A DNA stretch of 62,337 bases, counting the filler. It is 9 parts of 9 records of this genome, joined end to end, with 100 filler letters (N's around TTAATTAATTAA, not from the genome) between each part and the next. Parts side by side here need not be neighbours in the genome. Positions count along the whole stretch, not along the records: positions 30,347 to 39,723 come from SRR31147125_18018; positions 39,824 to 44,983 come from SRR31147125_18019; 7 more parts are not named here. One strand, given 5' to 3'. Position 1 is the stretch's first letter. The number at the start of each line of letters is the position of its first letter. Under the pieces are notes generated by a model. The model searched no databases and had not been told where the DNA came from. It was given only the letters and a program-made list of their open reading frames with translations. The translations under genes were made by a program, and so were the position numbers. Below, piece after piece: positions 32,813 through 42,705 of this stretch.

Positions 32813-35206
32813 ATGACCAAAGCCCACACCGATATGGAGTCGTCCCCATCGAAATCAATTGATCAAAGAATCACATCATCCGATGGGGCCGGCGTCCGCC
32901 GATTGCCTGACGGCATGATCGAAGGTTTCGATCTCATACCCGTCAGCGTCGTGGTTGCCGATGACGAAGGCACGGTTCAATACGTCAACCCTCGGGGATT
33001 GAAGCTATCCGGGTACGAAGCCGCGGAGATGGTGGGGCGCCCGTTGACGACCGCCTGGGATCGCTCCCCGGAGGCGTCTAAAGAGATCCTTTCTCATCTG
33101 GAAGAGCATCGTTTCTGGCAGGGAGAAATCAATCAGAGAAGAAATGATGGCAGCGATCACCGTCAGATGGTCTCACTCTCCAAAACACGCTATGGCGGCA
33201 ACACCTTCATCGTTCAAATCGGCCAACCGTTATCTTCCGACCAACAGAGCGCCATCGACACGCTTGACGAAGCGCTGCCGCAGGTGGATGAGGAGGCCGA
33301 ACGCTATCGCACCATACTCAATGCATCACCGGATCCCATCTGCCTGACGCGGGTAGAGGACGGGAAATATGTGTTTGTCAACGACACATTTTATGAACGT
33401 ACCGGGTTTACGCCGGAGCAGGTTGCCAAATTTACATCCCTCGAACTGAACGTCTACACCGACCCTGAGGATCGCAATCGAATGCTCCACCGGTTGAAGC
33501 GTGACGGCCGGGTGGAAAACATGGAGATGACGATACGCGCCAGGGACGGCAGCATCATCAGCAATCTGTGGTCCCTGCGCATCATCGAGTACGAAGGCGA
33601 ACCCCATCTCCTGCTCGTATCACGAAACTACAGCGAACTCAGGGCCGCCCAACAGGCCCTTGTGGAGAGCGAGGAGGGCTATCGCCGGATATTAGACTCG
33701 GCGCCTTACTCGATTATCGTCACACGCTTGTCCGATTCGCGTTACATGCAGGTCAATGAAGCCTTCTGCCGGCGCACCGGCTACAGCCGTGAAGAGGCCG
33801 TAGGGCATACGCCTTACGAGATAGGGATCTGGGTGGATCCCACCGCCCGGGAACGCATGCTGGAGATGTTTAACAGGGATGGATTCGTGGACAGCATGGA
33901 ACTGCAATTCCAGGCGAAAAACGGTACCATTCTGGATAGCCTGTTTTCTGTCACACCGATCACTTACAGAGGAGAAGCGTGTCTGCTGGCCATGACCGTG
34001 GACATCGGAGAGCTAAAGGCTACCCAGCGGGCGCTCAGGGAGAGTGAAGAGCGGTATCGCAGCATTCTTCAAAATATTAAGGAGGGATACTGGGAAACAG
34101 ATTTAAAGGGCACCTACACCTTTGTTAACGAAGCTGAATGCATAATGCATCGGCGTACGAAAGAGCAGATGATCGGCGCTCGTGGTGGGGAGATCTCCCT
34201 TCCTGAGTCGTACAAAGCGATAGCGCCCATATTCAATCGGGTTTACAAAACCGGTACAACCAGCCCAATGTATGAACTTGAGGTCGTTCGCGGTGATGGG
34301 CTTATCGTCACGATAGAATCCTCGGCGTCTCTGCTCAAAGACGCCACCGGCCAACCGAAAGGCTTTTTCGGCATTTCGCGCGACATTACTGAAAAACGAA
34401 AAGCGGAGATAGAGCTGGAGCGCTATCGACTGAAGCTTGAGCAAATGGTCCAGGATCGCACCAGGGCGCTTGAAGAGGCTCAGGACGAATTGGTCAAACG
34501 AGAAAAACTGGCCGTTCTGGGCCAGCTCACTGCCACGGTGAGCCATGAATTGCGCAATCCCCTGGGCGTGATACGCTTTTCCAATTTTTATCTGCAGCGC
34601 AATGTTAAAGCGCAAAGTGACAAAATGGCCAAGCATTTTGCGCGCATCGAAGAGCAGGTGGCGCTCTGCGACCGCATCGTGGCCGACTTGCTCGAATATA
34701 CCCGTGGAAGACCGCTCTCGGTTCAATCTGAGCTTCTGCAGCCATGGCTGGGCAAACTGATCGACCAGATCGAAGAGACGCAATCCATTGTTATCACGCG
34801 CCATCTACCCGATGACCTGCCTCCCGTTCCCCACGATCGGGAAAAAATGCGGCGGGTATTCATCAACCTGATTGAAAACGCCGTGCAAGCCATCGAAGAC
34901 CGAAATGCGCGAGACAATGGACCACCGGGAAAATACAAACCAAGAATAGGCGTAGAGGCACGGCGCAAGGACGGACAGCTTGAAATGAAAGTGTCTGACA
35001 ATGGCGTGGGCATGGATAAGAATACCAGAGAAAAGGCCTTCGATCCCCTGTTTACCACTCGTGCCCGGGGTACGGGGATTGGCCTCGCCAATGTTCAGCG
35101 CATCATCAACGATCATGGGGGCAATGTGTCCCTGATATCAAAACCCGGCCAAGGATCGACAGTCACCATTACCCTGCCATACCCGGATGGCCTGAAAACA
35201 TCTTGA
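32813..35206 (+). CDS. Cytoplasmic multi-PAS (4) sensor histidine kinase
   Basis: PAS repeats; H-box VSHELRNPL; N box NLIENAVQA; G boxes DNGVGM and GTGIGL. Confidence 0.95.
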   Translation: MTKAHTDMESSPSKSIDQRITSSDGAGVRRLPDGMIEGFDLIPVSVVVADDEGTVQYVNPRGLKLSGYEAAEMVGRPLTTAWDRSPEASKEILSHLEEHRFWQGEINQRRNDGSDHRQMVSLSKTRYGGNTFIVQIGQPLSSDQQSAIDTLDEALPQVDEEAERYRTILNASPDPICLTRVEDGKYVFVNDTFYERTGFTPEQVAKFTSLELNVYTDPEDRNRMLHRLKRDGRVENMEMTIRARDGSIISNLWSLRIIEYEGEPHLLLVSRNYSELRAAQQALVESEEGYRRILDSAPYSIIVTRLSDSRYMQVNEAFCRRTGYSREEAVGHTPYEIGIWVDPTARERMLEMFNRDGFVDSMELQFQAKNGTILDSLFSVTPITYRGEACLLAMTVDIGELKATQRALRESEERYRSILQNIKEGYWETDLKGTYTFVNEAECIMHRRTKEQMIGARGGEISLPESYKAIAPIFNRVYKTGTTSPMYELEVVRGDGLIVTIESSASLLKDATGQPKGFFGISRDITEKRKAEIELERYRLKLEQMVQDRTRALEEAQDELVKREKLAVLGQLTATVSHELRNPLGVIRFSNFYLQRNVKAQSDKMAKHFARIEEQVALCDRIVADLLEYTRGRPLSVQSELLQPWLGKLIDQIEETQSIVITRHLPDDLPPVPHDREKMRRVFINLIENAVQAIEDRNARDNGPPGKYKPRIGVEARRKDGQLEMKVSDNGVGMDKNTREKAFDPLFTTRARGTGIGLANVQRIINDHGGNVSLISKPGQGSTVTITLPYPDGLKTS

Positions 35207-35311
35207 TCGACCTCTCCAAAACATCCAGCTGACAATTCTCACCAACGCTAAGCTAAAAGTAGAAAGAGCTATCTCACCAGAACGGGTCCAATGCTTCTGT
35301 GTGGCACATCC

Positions 35312-37597
35312 CTATTGGTTTCGGCCCAGTTCCAGTCTGATGGCCTTGCCGAGGGTTTCGAGAGCGTATGGTTTGCGGATGAACGCTCCGACGCCAAGTG
35401 TCCTGGCCTCTTTGACGCGGTCATTTTCGGAAAAACCACTGGCGATGACCGCCTTTTGGTTGGGATGGATGGAGAGAATTTGCCGGTAGGTCTCAAGGCC
35501 GTCAATGCCGGGGTTCATGATCATATCCAGAAGTAAAAGATCGACCCGATGCTCTTTGACATGGGCCACGGCTGCTTCGCCGCTGGATGCCACCTTCACG
35601 TCGTAGCCCAATTTTCGCAGGATCTTGCCGGCGATTTCGCGCTGCTCGCTCATGTCGTCGACCACCAGTATGGTCTCGCCGTTGCCCATCAATTGCGCCA
35701 GCGGCGTCATGCTCTGCGCATCTTTCAATGGGCGCGTGGAGGCAGGGAAGTAGAGTGTAAAGGTGGTCCCCTTTCCCCGTTCACTGGCGACATCCACATA
35801 TCCGCCATGGTCCTTGACCGTGCCCCACACCACGGCCATACCCAACCCGGTGCCGCTTTTTCCCATTTTCTTTTTGGTGTAGAACGGTTCGAATATGTGC
35901 TCCAGGTCTTCCGGGGCGATACCGGTCCCTGTATCGCTGACGGAGAGGGCCACGTATCGGCCCGCTTCGATGGTTTCATAGCCGGCACGTTCTTCGGAAA
36001 TACTGCGGTTGGCAGTCGAAACGGTCACCTGTCCACCGTCGGGCATCGCCTCAATAGCGTTGCTAACCAGATTCATCAGTGCCTTGGAGAGGTGAATCGG
36101 CGATCCGATCAGATTGAGCAGATCCGTTTCGAAGTGCGATAGCAGTTGCGCATGGGGATGGTAGGCCAGCAGCTTTTTGTGTTCCGGGCTTTGGACGTAC
36201 TCCGTGATCACAGTATTCAAATTGACCACCGACTTGATGACAACTTCGCGCCTGGCCAGGGTGAGCAGATCCTGAACGATGACAGCGGCCTTTTCGCCTG
36301 ACTTTTGAATGGTCGTCAGTGGCTTTCGCATAGGGCTCTCTTCGGGAAGGTCGAGCAACAGCAGTTCCGGATAGGTAGAGAGCCCCGAGAGAATATTGTT
36401 AAGATCGTGGGCCACCCCTCCCGCTATGGTCCCCATGAATTCGAGCTTCTGGACACGCTGCAGCTGAGCGTAGGTTTTTTCCAGCTCTGCAGTGCGCTCC
36501 GCCACGACTTCTTCGAGATGCACCTTATAACGCTGGAGCTCCTGTTCATCTTTCTTGCGTCGGGTGATGTCCCTGCTAATGACGGCGATGCCCTGAAACT
36601 GATCAGCATTGTCCCTGACCATGGAGGCGGCCATGGACACGGTAATTTTGCGCCCCTGCTTGGAGCGGACCGGTATCTCGACATCACTTACAAAACCGCG
36701 CAAGGCAAGCTCGCCCGGAATGGCGCCCTCGATGATCGCCTGATAGTCCGATTTATCAAAAAGCACCCGCACCTGCTGGTCGATCAATTCGTGCCGCTCA
36801 TATCCAAGCAGCTCCAAGGCTGCTTCATTGACCACTTTGATACGACGCTCCGGACTGATCAGAAGAAGCGCATCGGACATGGTCTGAATGATCTCCTTGG
36901 CGCTCGAGACAGGGGTAAGCACGAACAGTTCATATTTCCACACGGCAAACCCCCAAAAGCAGCTGCCGATGGTAAAACCCAGGTGCAAAATGTCGGGCGC
37001 CTGCATACCCCAATGGGAAAAGAGCAGTTCAAGAACACCTGTCGCGATGAGAACGGACGAACCGATCAAGACATACTTTGCCTGTTGCCGGGCCTCGTCG
37101 CCTGATTTCAAATAGTGCCGGAAACACAAAACGAAGCCGAGGATCATCATGCCGGCATTCCAGATTTCATAAGTGGCGCCGACCATGGAGGGCAGAACAT
37201 CGCCGTATGACCAGCCCCATTGACTCTGTATGGGACCCTCCACGACCCGGTTGCCGAAAAAGTCCAGCATCACGAAAGCCATCCCCACGACATACAATGA
37301 GATATAGATCCATTTGTCGTAACGTTTCCTGGATTTGCGGACAAATACCAGTACAAAATGGATAAGTGCCGATAGGGCCAGATGCCAGAGCATGCCGGCA
37401 CGAAACCAAAAGAGCGCTGACGCATAACTTTCCGACACCCGCATCTGAAAATCGGTGAAGCCGGCATAAACCATGACCAAACTGAAGATGAAAAAAGCCT
37501 GGTTGACGGGATTCTTCGGATTTCTGAGATAAACGACAGTGCCCAGATAGATATAGGCGAGAAAGGATAACAGCGAGATGAGTGCAAGAATATTCAT
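35312..37597 (-). CDS. Hybrid histidine kinase: N-terminal 7TM domain, PAS, HisKA, HATPase, receiver
   Basis: About 7 hydrophobic segments; GVAHDLNNIL; GTGLGM; receiver ILVVDD...LLDMIM. Confidence 0.93.
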   Translation of the reverse strand: MNILALISLLSFLAYIYLGTVVYLRNPKNPVNQAFFIFSLVMVYAGFTDFQMRVSESYASALFWFRAGMLWHLALSALIHFVLVFVRKSRKRYDKWIYISLYVVGMAFVMLDFFGNRVVEGPIQSQWGWSYGDVLPSMVGATYEIWNAGMMILGFVLCFRHYLKSGDEARQQAKYVLIGSSVLIATGVLELLFSHWGMQAPDILHLGFTIGSCFWGFAVWKYELFVLTPVSSAKEIIQTMSDALLLISPERRIKVVNEAALELLGYERHELIDQQVRVLFDKSDYQAIIEGAIPGELALRGFVSDVEIPVRSKQGRKITVSMAASMVRDNADQFQGIAVISRDITRRKKDEQELQRYKVHLEEVVAERTAELEKTYAQLQRVQKLEFMGTIAGGVAHDLNNILSGLSTYPELLLLDLPEESPMRKPLTTIQKSGEKAAVIVQDLLTLARREVVIKSVVNLNTVITEYVQSPEHKKLLAYHPHAQLLSHFETDLLNLIGSPIHLSKALMNLVSNAIEAMPDGGQVTVSTANRSISEERAGYETIEAGRYVALSVSDTGTGIAPEDLEHIFEPFYTKKKMGKSGTGLGMAVVWGTVKDHGGYVDVASERGKGTTFTLYFPASTRPLKDAQSMTPLAQLMGNGETILVVDDMSEQREIAGKILRKLGYDVKVASSGEAAVAHVKEHRVDLLLLDMIMNPGIDGLETYRQILSIHPNQKAVIASGFSENDRVKEARTLGVGAFIRKPYALETLGKAIRLELGRNQ

Positions 37598-37924
37598 GGG
37601 CCCTGTGCGTCCACTGCCACTCAAATATGGTTAGGGAAATATCGTCTGGAAACAGAGCAATCTTTCTAAGCTATAGTTCTTATTCGGCAATCTTGCAAGT
37701 TACTTGAGCCTTGCGGTATATGATCTACTTTGAGGATACATCAATAGAAGACTTGACCTTATCGCGCTTTTATCTATTATATCCTATTATCTTAAAGACA
37801 GCCGCCGGCCGGTTTGCCGGTTCCAGTTACCCCGAGTTTTCGATCCATCTGATACGGCGTCTCCAATCAAAGCATTACACGACACCGATTCAATTTTAAT
37901 CGGACGCACCTTAAAGGCCCCATA

Positions 37925-39043
37925 ATGTTTAATAAAGTAAAACTCCTAACTGTCATCAGCACACTTCTAATAGCAGGGTTTTTGGCTACCAGCCTGGCCA
38001 GCTACTTTGTGTCCCGCGCCTCGTTACGCTCGCGAATAACGCGAAACGACCTGCCATTAACGAGCGACAATATCTATTCGGAGATTCAGCGGGATCTGTT
38101 GCGCCCGATCTTTATCTCCTCTTTGATGGCGACCGATACCTTTCTGCGGGATTGGGTCATACAAGGGGAGCAAGAGATCAACCAAGTCAATCGATATCTC
38201 AATGAGATCAAAGAGAAATATGGCACCCTCACCAGTTTTTTCGTCTCCGAGCGCTCTAAAAATTACTACTACGCAGGAGGGCTGTTGAAGCAGATCTCTG
38301 AAACCGATGAACGGGACATTTGGTATTTCCGGGTACGAAATATGAAAACCGATTATGAGATCAATATCGATCCGGATATGGCCAATAAAGATACCATGAC
38401 CATCTTCATCAATTACCGCGTCTATGATTATGATGGCAACTATATCGGTGCTACCGGGGTGGGGTTGGCGGTCAGTGCCGTCAAAAGCCTTATCGAGGAT
38501 TACCAGAAAAGATACAACCGCAGCATCTATTTCGTCGATAAAAAAGGGAATGTAAAGATTTCAGGCACACAATTTCCCGAAACCGTGACAAACATCTCCC
38601 AGGTGAGCGCCCTGGCACCCTTGCTGAAACAAATCGTTTCCAAAAACGAAAACTACTTCAAATATCAGCATAAGGGCCGCACCATCCATATGAATACGCG
38701 GTTCATCGAAGAATTTCATCTCTATCTGATCGTTGAGCAAGCAGAAGGCACGGAACTGAAAGATATCATAACGACATTGATGATCAATCTGACCATTTGC
38801 GGCGTGATCACCATCGTCATCCTGATTTTAACCGGAATGACGGTCAAAGCGTATCAGAAAAGAATCGACACACTTCGGGGCATTGTCCCGATTTGCTCGT
38901 TCTGTAAACAGATTCGCGATGACAAGGGATATTGGAATCAGGTGGAAGCGTATGTTTCACAGCATACGGACGCCACTTTCTCCCACGGCGTTTGCCCGGA
39001 TTGCAGAGAGAAATACTACCCGGAAGTTTCAAAAAACCCCTGA
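37925..39043 (+). CDS. Membrane Cache-like sensor with small C-terminal Cys4 domain and no enzymatic output domain
   Basis: Two TM helices around a periplasmic domain (WYFRVR, IFINYRVYDYDG); ends PICSFCKQIRDDKGYW...FSHGVCPDC. Confidence 0.8.
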   Translation: MFNKVKLLTVISTLLIAGFLATSLASYFVSRASLRSRITRNDLPLTSDNIYSEIQRDLLRPIFISSLMATDTFLRDWVIQGEQEINQVNRYLNEIKEKYGTLTSFFVSERSKNYYYAGGLLKQISETDERDIWYFRVRNMKTDYEINIDPDMANKDTMTIFINYRVYDYDGNYIGATGVGLAVSAVKSLIEDYQKRYNRSIYFVDKKGNVKISGTQFPETVTNISQVSALAPLLKQIVSKNENYFKYQHKGRTIHMNTRFIEEFHLYLIVEQAEGTELKDIITTLMINLTICGVITIVILILTGMTVKAYQKRIDTLRGIVPICSFCKQIRDDKGYWNQVEAYVSQHTDATFSHGVCPDCREKYYPEVSKNP

Positions 39044-39121
39044 CGTAAAATCAAAAAGTCATGCCAATCCTGACATCCCGGGCAGCTATCCCGCAAATTT
39101 AAAACCAAATAGACAGGTTCA

Positions 39122-39373
39122 TTATTTATGCAATCCTGGCGGAGAGTTGTCTATTGAATACACATGTTCATCGCTGAATCCTAAAACAAACCGCCCATCA
39201 AAATTATCCTCTTTGTTTTGGTAAGGGATAATCACTGCTTTTTTATAGTTCATCTCGGAAAACGGCCGTTCAAGCTTGTCAATACTGACGGACAATGCGG
39301 TTTTCCCTGTCATTTCCTGATATACCTGATAACAGTTGTCAGCCAATGACTTTATATAGTTGTCAATTTCCAA
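39122..39373 (-). pseudogene. Short CheX-like fragment
   Basis: CYQVYQEMTG...AVIIPY...FDGRFVLGFS resembles the N-half of CheX/CheC-family proteins; ends early. Confidence 0.4.
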
Positions 39374-39723
39374 ACGTGGACCTCTTCCTTACAGCGGATC
39401 GGTTTAGCTCGCTTCTGCCAAATCCACTCCTGATAATTTGCGCATCTCAAAATATTATCGCCCAAAAAAAGCAATTCTCAAGGGTTGTTTACGATAGAGC
39501 TGCCTGTCGAAAGGATATCGGATGGCAGCGTGTCCGGGGGGAAGCATAGGCGGGGAACGGGGAGCCCTTGGTTTTATAAATTGCTCGTCGCTTTGTTCAA
39601 CGAAACCTTTGGGATAGCTGGTATTGGCCACAAAAGATGACAACCCGATTCTCTACGAAGATTAAGTCGCATCTGTTTTCTTTATCATGCCTTGAGACAG
39701 CTACCGACTCTCCCCTTTATCAA

Positions 39724-39823
39724 NNNNNNNNNNNNNNNNNNNNNNNNNNNNNNNNNNNNNNNNNNNNTTAATTAATTAANNNNNNNNNNNNNNNNNNNNN
39801 NNNNNNNNNNNNNNNNNNNNNNN
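39724..39823. other. Artificial contig spacer
   Basis: N44-TTAATTAATTAA-N44. Confidence 0.99.
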
Positions 39824-39878
39824 ACTAATATGAATATAAAAATTACATATTATAGAATGTTCTTATTGACAAAAGCGT

Positions 39879-39918
39879 CAAACAGAAATAGTCACCGTAA
39901 GGTGGCTATTTCTGTTTG
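39879..39918. terminator. Strong 18-bp hairpin, probable terminator
   Basis: CAAACAGAAATAGTCACC-GTAA-GGTGGCTATTTCTGTTTG (one G-T pair). Confidence 0.8.
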
Positions 39919-40055
39919 GTAGGTTAAAGAGGGAAGGATTCGACCAAAGTGAACGCTGTCAAAAAGCAGAGTAAGTGAGCTGTATCCGTTTATGCCCTTT
40001 AGGGTGAATCCAGTTAGTTCCACCAGGATACCGATAAGGGAATCAATTTTAAAAA

Positions 40056-40718
40056 TTATTCATTTAGAGTTCTAATATGCATATATACCGTGTTTTTAGA
40101 AATATTTAAATACTTGGCGGTTTTTGAAACGGAATCTTTAAGGTTGAAGATACCTTGATTTTGTAGAATTGAGATTATCTCAAAATTTCGATTGTTAGCA
40201 CTTATTGTTGGTGTTGATAAGACCTGCTGTTTGGCGTCTAAAACAGCATTTTTAATTAGCTCTGATGTGTTGTCAACAAAATTTTCTTTTGTTACCAGCA
40301 TACCTTTAGAGCTTTGAGGGAAAATATTTTCTATAACTTTGTAAAATGGAGTATTTAAATTAAAATTAATACACATTAAGCCAATTATTCTTTCGTTCTC
40401 TCCGATAATTGCAATTGTAGAAGATTTCATTGGGTTCTTGTCTATATTTTGAGTATAATAAGATATATAGGATGGGCTATCACCATCGTTTATTCTAGAT
40501 AACATTTCTAGCGCAAGATCCGTAATTGGCGCACCCTCTTTTCTTCCAGTCTGATAGCCATTTAATACTTTAATTGCTGATTTACTGTAGTTGTCTAGAC
40601 TATGAAGTACAATTTCATAATGTTCACCTAAATAGTTGCTTAACCCAGTAGCAAATAATTTATATGATTCTAATATTAATTTATCCTTATCTGTTAAAAC
40701 TATTTCTTTTGATTCCAT
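40056..40718 (-). CDS. YheO/DauR-family transcriptional regulator (PAS_6 + HTH_22)
   Basis: EIVLHSL, GRKEGAPITDLAL, MKSSTIAI, GIFNLKDSV...ISKNTVYMHIR; start at MESKE after SD GAGGG. Confidence 0.93.
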   Translation of the reverse strand: MESKEIVLTDKDKLILESYKLFATGLSNYLGEHYEIVLHSLDNYSKSAIKVLNGYQTGRKEGAPITDLALEMLSRINDGDSPSYISYYTQNIDKNPMKSSTIAIIGENERIIGLMCINFNLNTPFYKVIENIFPQSSKGMLVTKENFVDNTSELIKNAVLDAKQQVLSTPTISANNRNFEIISILQNQGIFNLKDSVSKTAKYLNISKNTVYMHIRTLNE

Positions 40719-40749
40719 AAATTCCCTCACTTTTGAAATATTATATATA

Positions 40750-40778
40750 AGAATAAGTCTAAACACTGAATATGTCAA
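40750..40778 (-). promoter_or_regulatory. Putative sigma70 promoter of the regulator
   Basis: TTGACA-17 bp-TATTCT on the minus strand. Confidence 0.55.
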
Positions 40779-40856
40779 CATTAAATAATACTAGTAAAAA
40801 GAAAAGATTTTAAACCAAAGGAGTAAATAATGTAAAATATTTCAGTGTATTTAATG

Positions 40857-40885
40857 TTGACAATAAAAAAATAATCTGTTAGTAT
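40857..40885 (+). promoter_or_regulatory. Sigma70 promoter of the ridA operon
   Basis: TTGACA-17 bp-TAGTAT. Confidence 0.75.
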
Positions 40886-40899
40886 GAAAACAAGAAAAA

Positions 40900-40919
40900 T
40901 ACTGAAAAATATTTCAGTA
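40900..40919. promoter_or_regulatory. Palindromic operator candidate
   Basis: TACTGAAA-AATA-TTTCAGTA just downstream of the -10; related partial copies at 40834-40847 and 40764-40772. Confidence 0.7.
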
Positions 40920-41092
40920 AAATTTTCACAAATTACATTATTGCGACGAAGAAGTCGTGAAGAATTCGTAATTAACATAAAGTACATATTTATAGTATGC
41001 GTGATTATAATGGAAGACCTCTATGTATAAATTTATGGGAATTTGTAAATAAAGGGCCTTCTTTTTTTTATTACAAAAAGGAGCAAAAAAAT

Positions 41093-41467
41093 ATGAAGCA
41101 AATTATTAAAGCAGAAAAAGCACCAGATGCTATAGGAGCATATTCTCAAGGAGTTATATCCAATGGAACAATTTATATTTCTGGGCAATTACCCATAGAT
41201 GCAAAAACTGGCGATATTCCAAAGGATGTAGAAAGCCAAGTAGAGCAATCTATGAGAAATATACAAGCAATTGTTGAAAAAGCAGGATCTAGTTTGGACA
41301 AAGTACTTAAATGCGGCTTGTTTATTAAAAATATGGATGATTTTGGGAAGATAAATGGAATTTATGCTAAGTTTTTTGATAAAGACTTTCCAGCTAGGTT
41401 TGTAGTAGAGGTTTCAAGATTACCTAAAGATGTTTTAGTAGAAATTGATGCGATTGTTGCAATTTAG
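41093..41467 (+). CDS. ridA: RidA-family reactive intermediate (imine) deaminase
   Basis: APDAIGAYSQG, ISGQLP, FPARFVVEVSRLPKDVLVEIDAI; SD AAGGAG. Confidence 0.9.
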   Translation: MKQIIKAEKAPDAIGAYSQGVISNGTIYISGQLPIDAKTGDIPKDVESQVEQSMRNIQAIVEKAGSSLDKVLKCGLFIKNMDDFGKINGIYAKFFDKDFPARFVVEVSRLPKDVLVEIDAIVAI

Positions 41468-41475
41468 GGGGACCT

Positions 41476-42681
41476 ATGAGTATTTTGGATAAAGTTTCCG
41501 AAGGATTCAAAGGAATAGAAGGTGGGCTTTTTTCAACGGTTACTAAAGCTGATGTAGGGGAAGGTTTTGCATCTATGCAAGGTGAGACAATTACATTGCT
41601 TGGATGGGCAGATCCATTTTATCCAGATCCTAGTATTCCAGAACATATTAAAGAAAAAATGATAGAAGAAATAAACAAAGGATTTTCTTCACATTATACT
41701 ATGCCTATTGGATCATTAGAGCTACGAACTGCAGTATCTAAAAAGCTAATGGAATGTAACGGTTTGGATGCTGATCCTAAAAGAAACATTATGATAACAC
41801 CTGGCTCAGATTCTGGATTGTTTTATGCGATGTCAGTGCTGTTGAATAAAGGTGACGAGGTTCTAGTACCTGATCCTAGTTATCCTAATAACTTTTTAAA
41901 CCCTAAGCTTTTAGGAGCAGTTACAGTACCAGTAGCATTGAATAAACACGATGACTATAAACTGGATATAGGAGAGTTTGAAAAAGCATTGACAGATAAA
42001 ACAAAAATGGTTGTATTAACTCATCCTAATAATCCTACAACAACAGTGTTTAGTAGACAAGAATTAGAACAGCTTTGCAACTTTATTGTTGAAAATGATC
42101 TTGTTTTAGTCTGTGATATGGCGTTTGAAGATATGATTTATGATGATAAAGAGCTTATAACGCCAGCTGCTTTTGAAGGAATGTGGGAAAGAACAGTAAC
42201 GGTATTTTCTATATCTAAAGGTATGGGATTATCTGGATTTCGTGTTGGATACATAGTTGCTTGTGATAGGTTGATGGATATTTATTATGGAGCGGCAGTA
42301 AGTGTTGTTGGAGCGACAAATACATTATCACAGCTTGCAACAATAGAAGCCTTCAAAGACCTAAAGTTTATGCATGAGTATAAAAGCATTTTTGAAAAAA
42401 GGCGAAAAATGGTTTATAAAATCCTATCAGAGGTGGATGGAGTAAAAATGACTATGCCACAATCTGGATTTTTTAGTTGGATAGATGTATCAGATATTGG
42501 ACCATCTGATAAAATTGTGGAACATTTAATCAAAGACGCACGTGTAGCAGTCAATGATGGAATAACTTATGGAGAGCAAGGAAAAGGTTGTATAAGAATT
42601 ATACATGGATGCCTTGCTGATGAAGAGAGTATTGAAAGTGTAATGAATAGAATTGCAAAATCACTTAGCACTTTTAAATAA
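41476..42681 (+). CDS. PLP-dependent class I/II aminotransferase
   Basis: PNNPT, FSISKGMGLSGFRVGY PLP-lysine motif. Confidence 0.93.
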   Translation: MSILDKVSEGFKGIEGGLFSTVTKADVGEGFASMQGETITLLGWADPFYPDPSIPEHIKEKMIEEINKGFSSHYTMPIGSLELRTAVSKKLMECNGLDADPKRNIMITPGSDSGLFYAMSVLLNKGDEVLVPDPSYPNNFLNPKLLGAVTVPVALNKHDDYKLDIGEFEKALTDKTKMVVLTHPNNPTTTVFSRQELEQLCNFIVENDLVLVCDMAFEDMIYDDKELITPAAFEGMWERTVTVFSISKGMGLSGFRVGYIVACDRLMDIYYGAAVSVVGATNTLSQLATIEAFKDLKFMHEYKSIFEKRRKMVYKILSEVDGVKMTMPQSGFFSWIDVSDIGPSDKIVEHLIKDARVAVNDGITYGEQGKGCIRIIHGCLADEESIESVMNRIAKSLSTFK

Positions 42682-42705
42682 AAATAATAGGAGGATATAT
42701 TTATT

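Noticed and set aside
39930-40025. Intact tRNA gene
   Set aside because: No D-arm or anticodon arm and no matching 5' acceptor strand; kept only as a remnant
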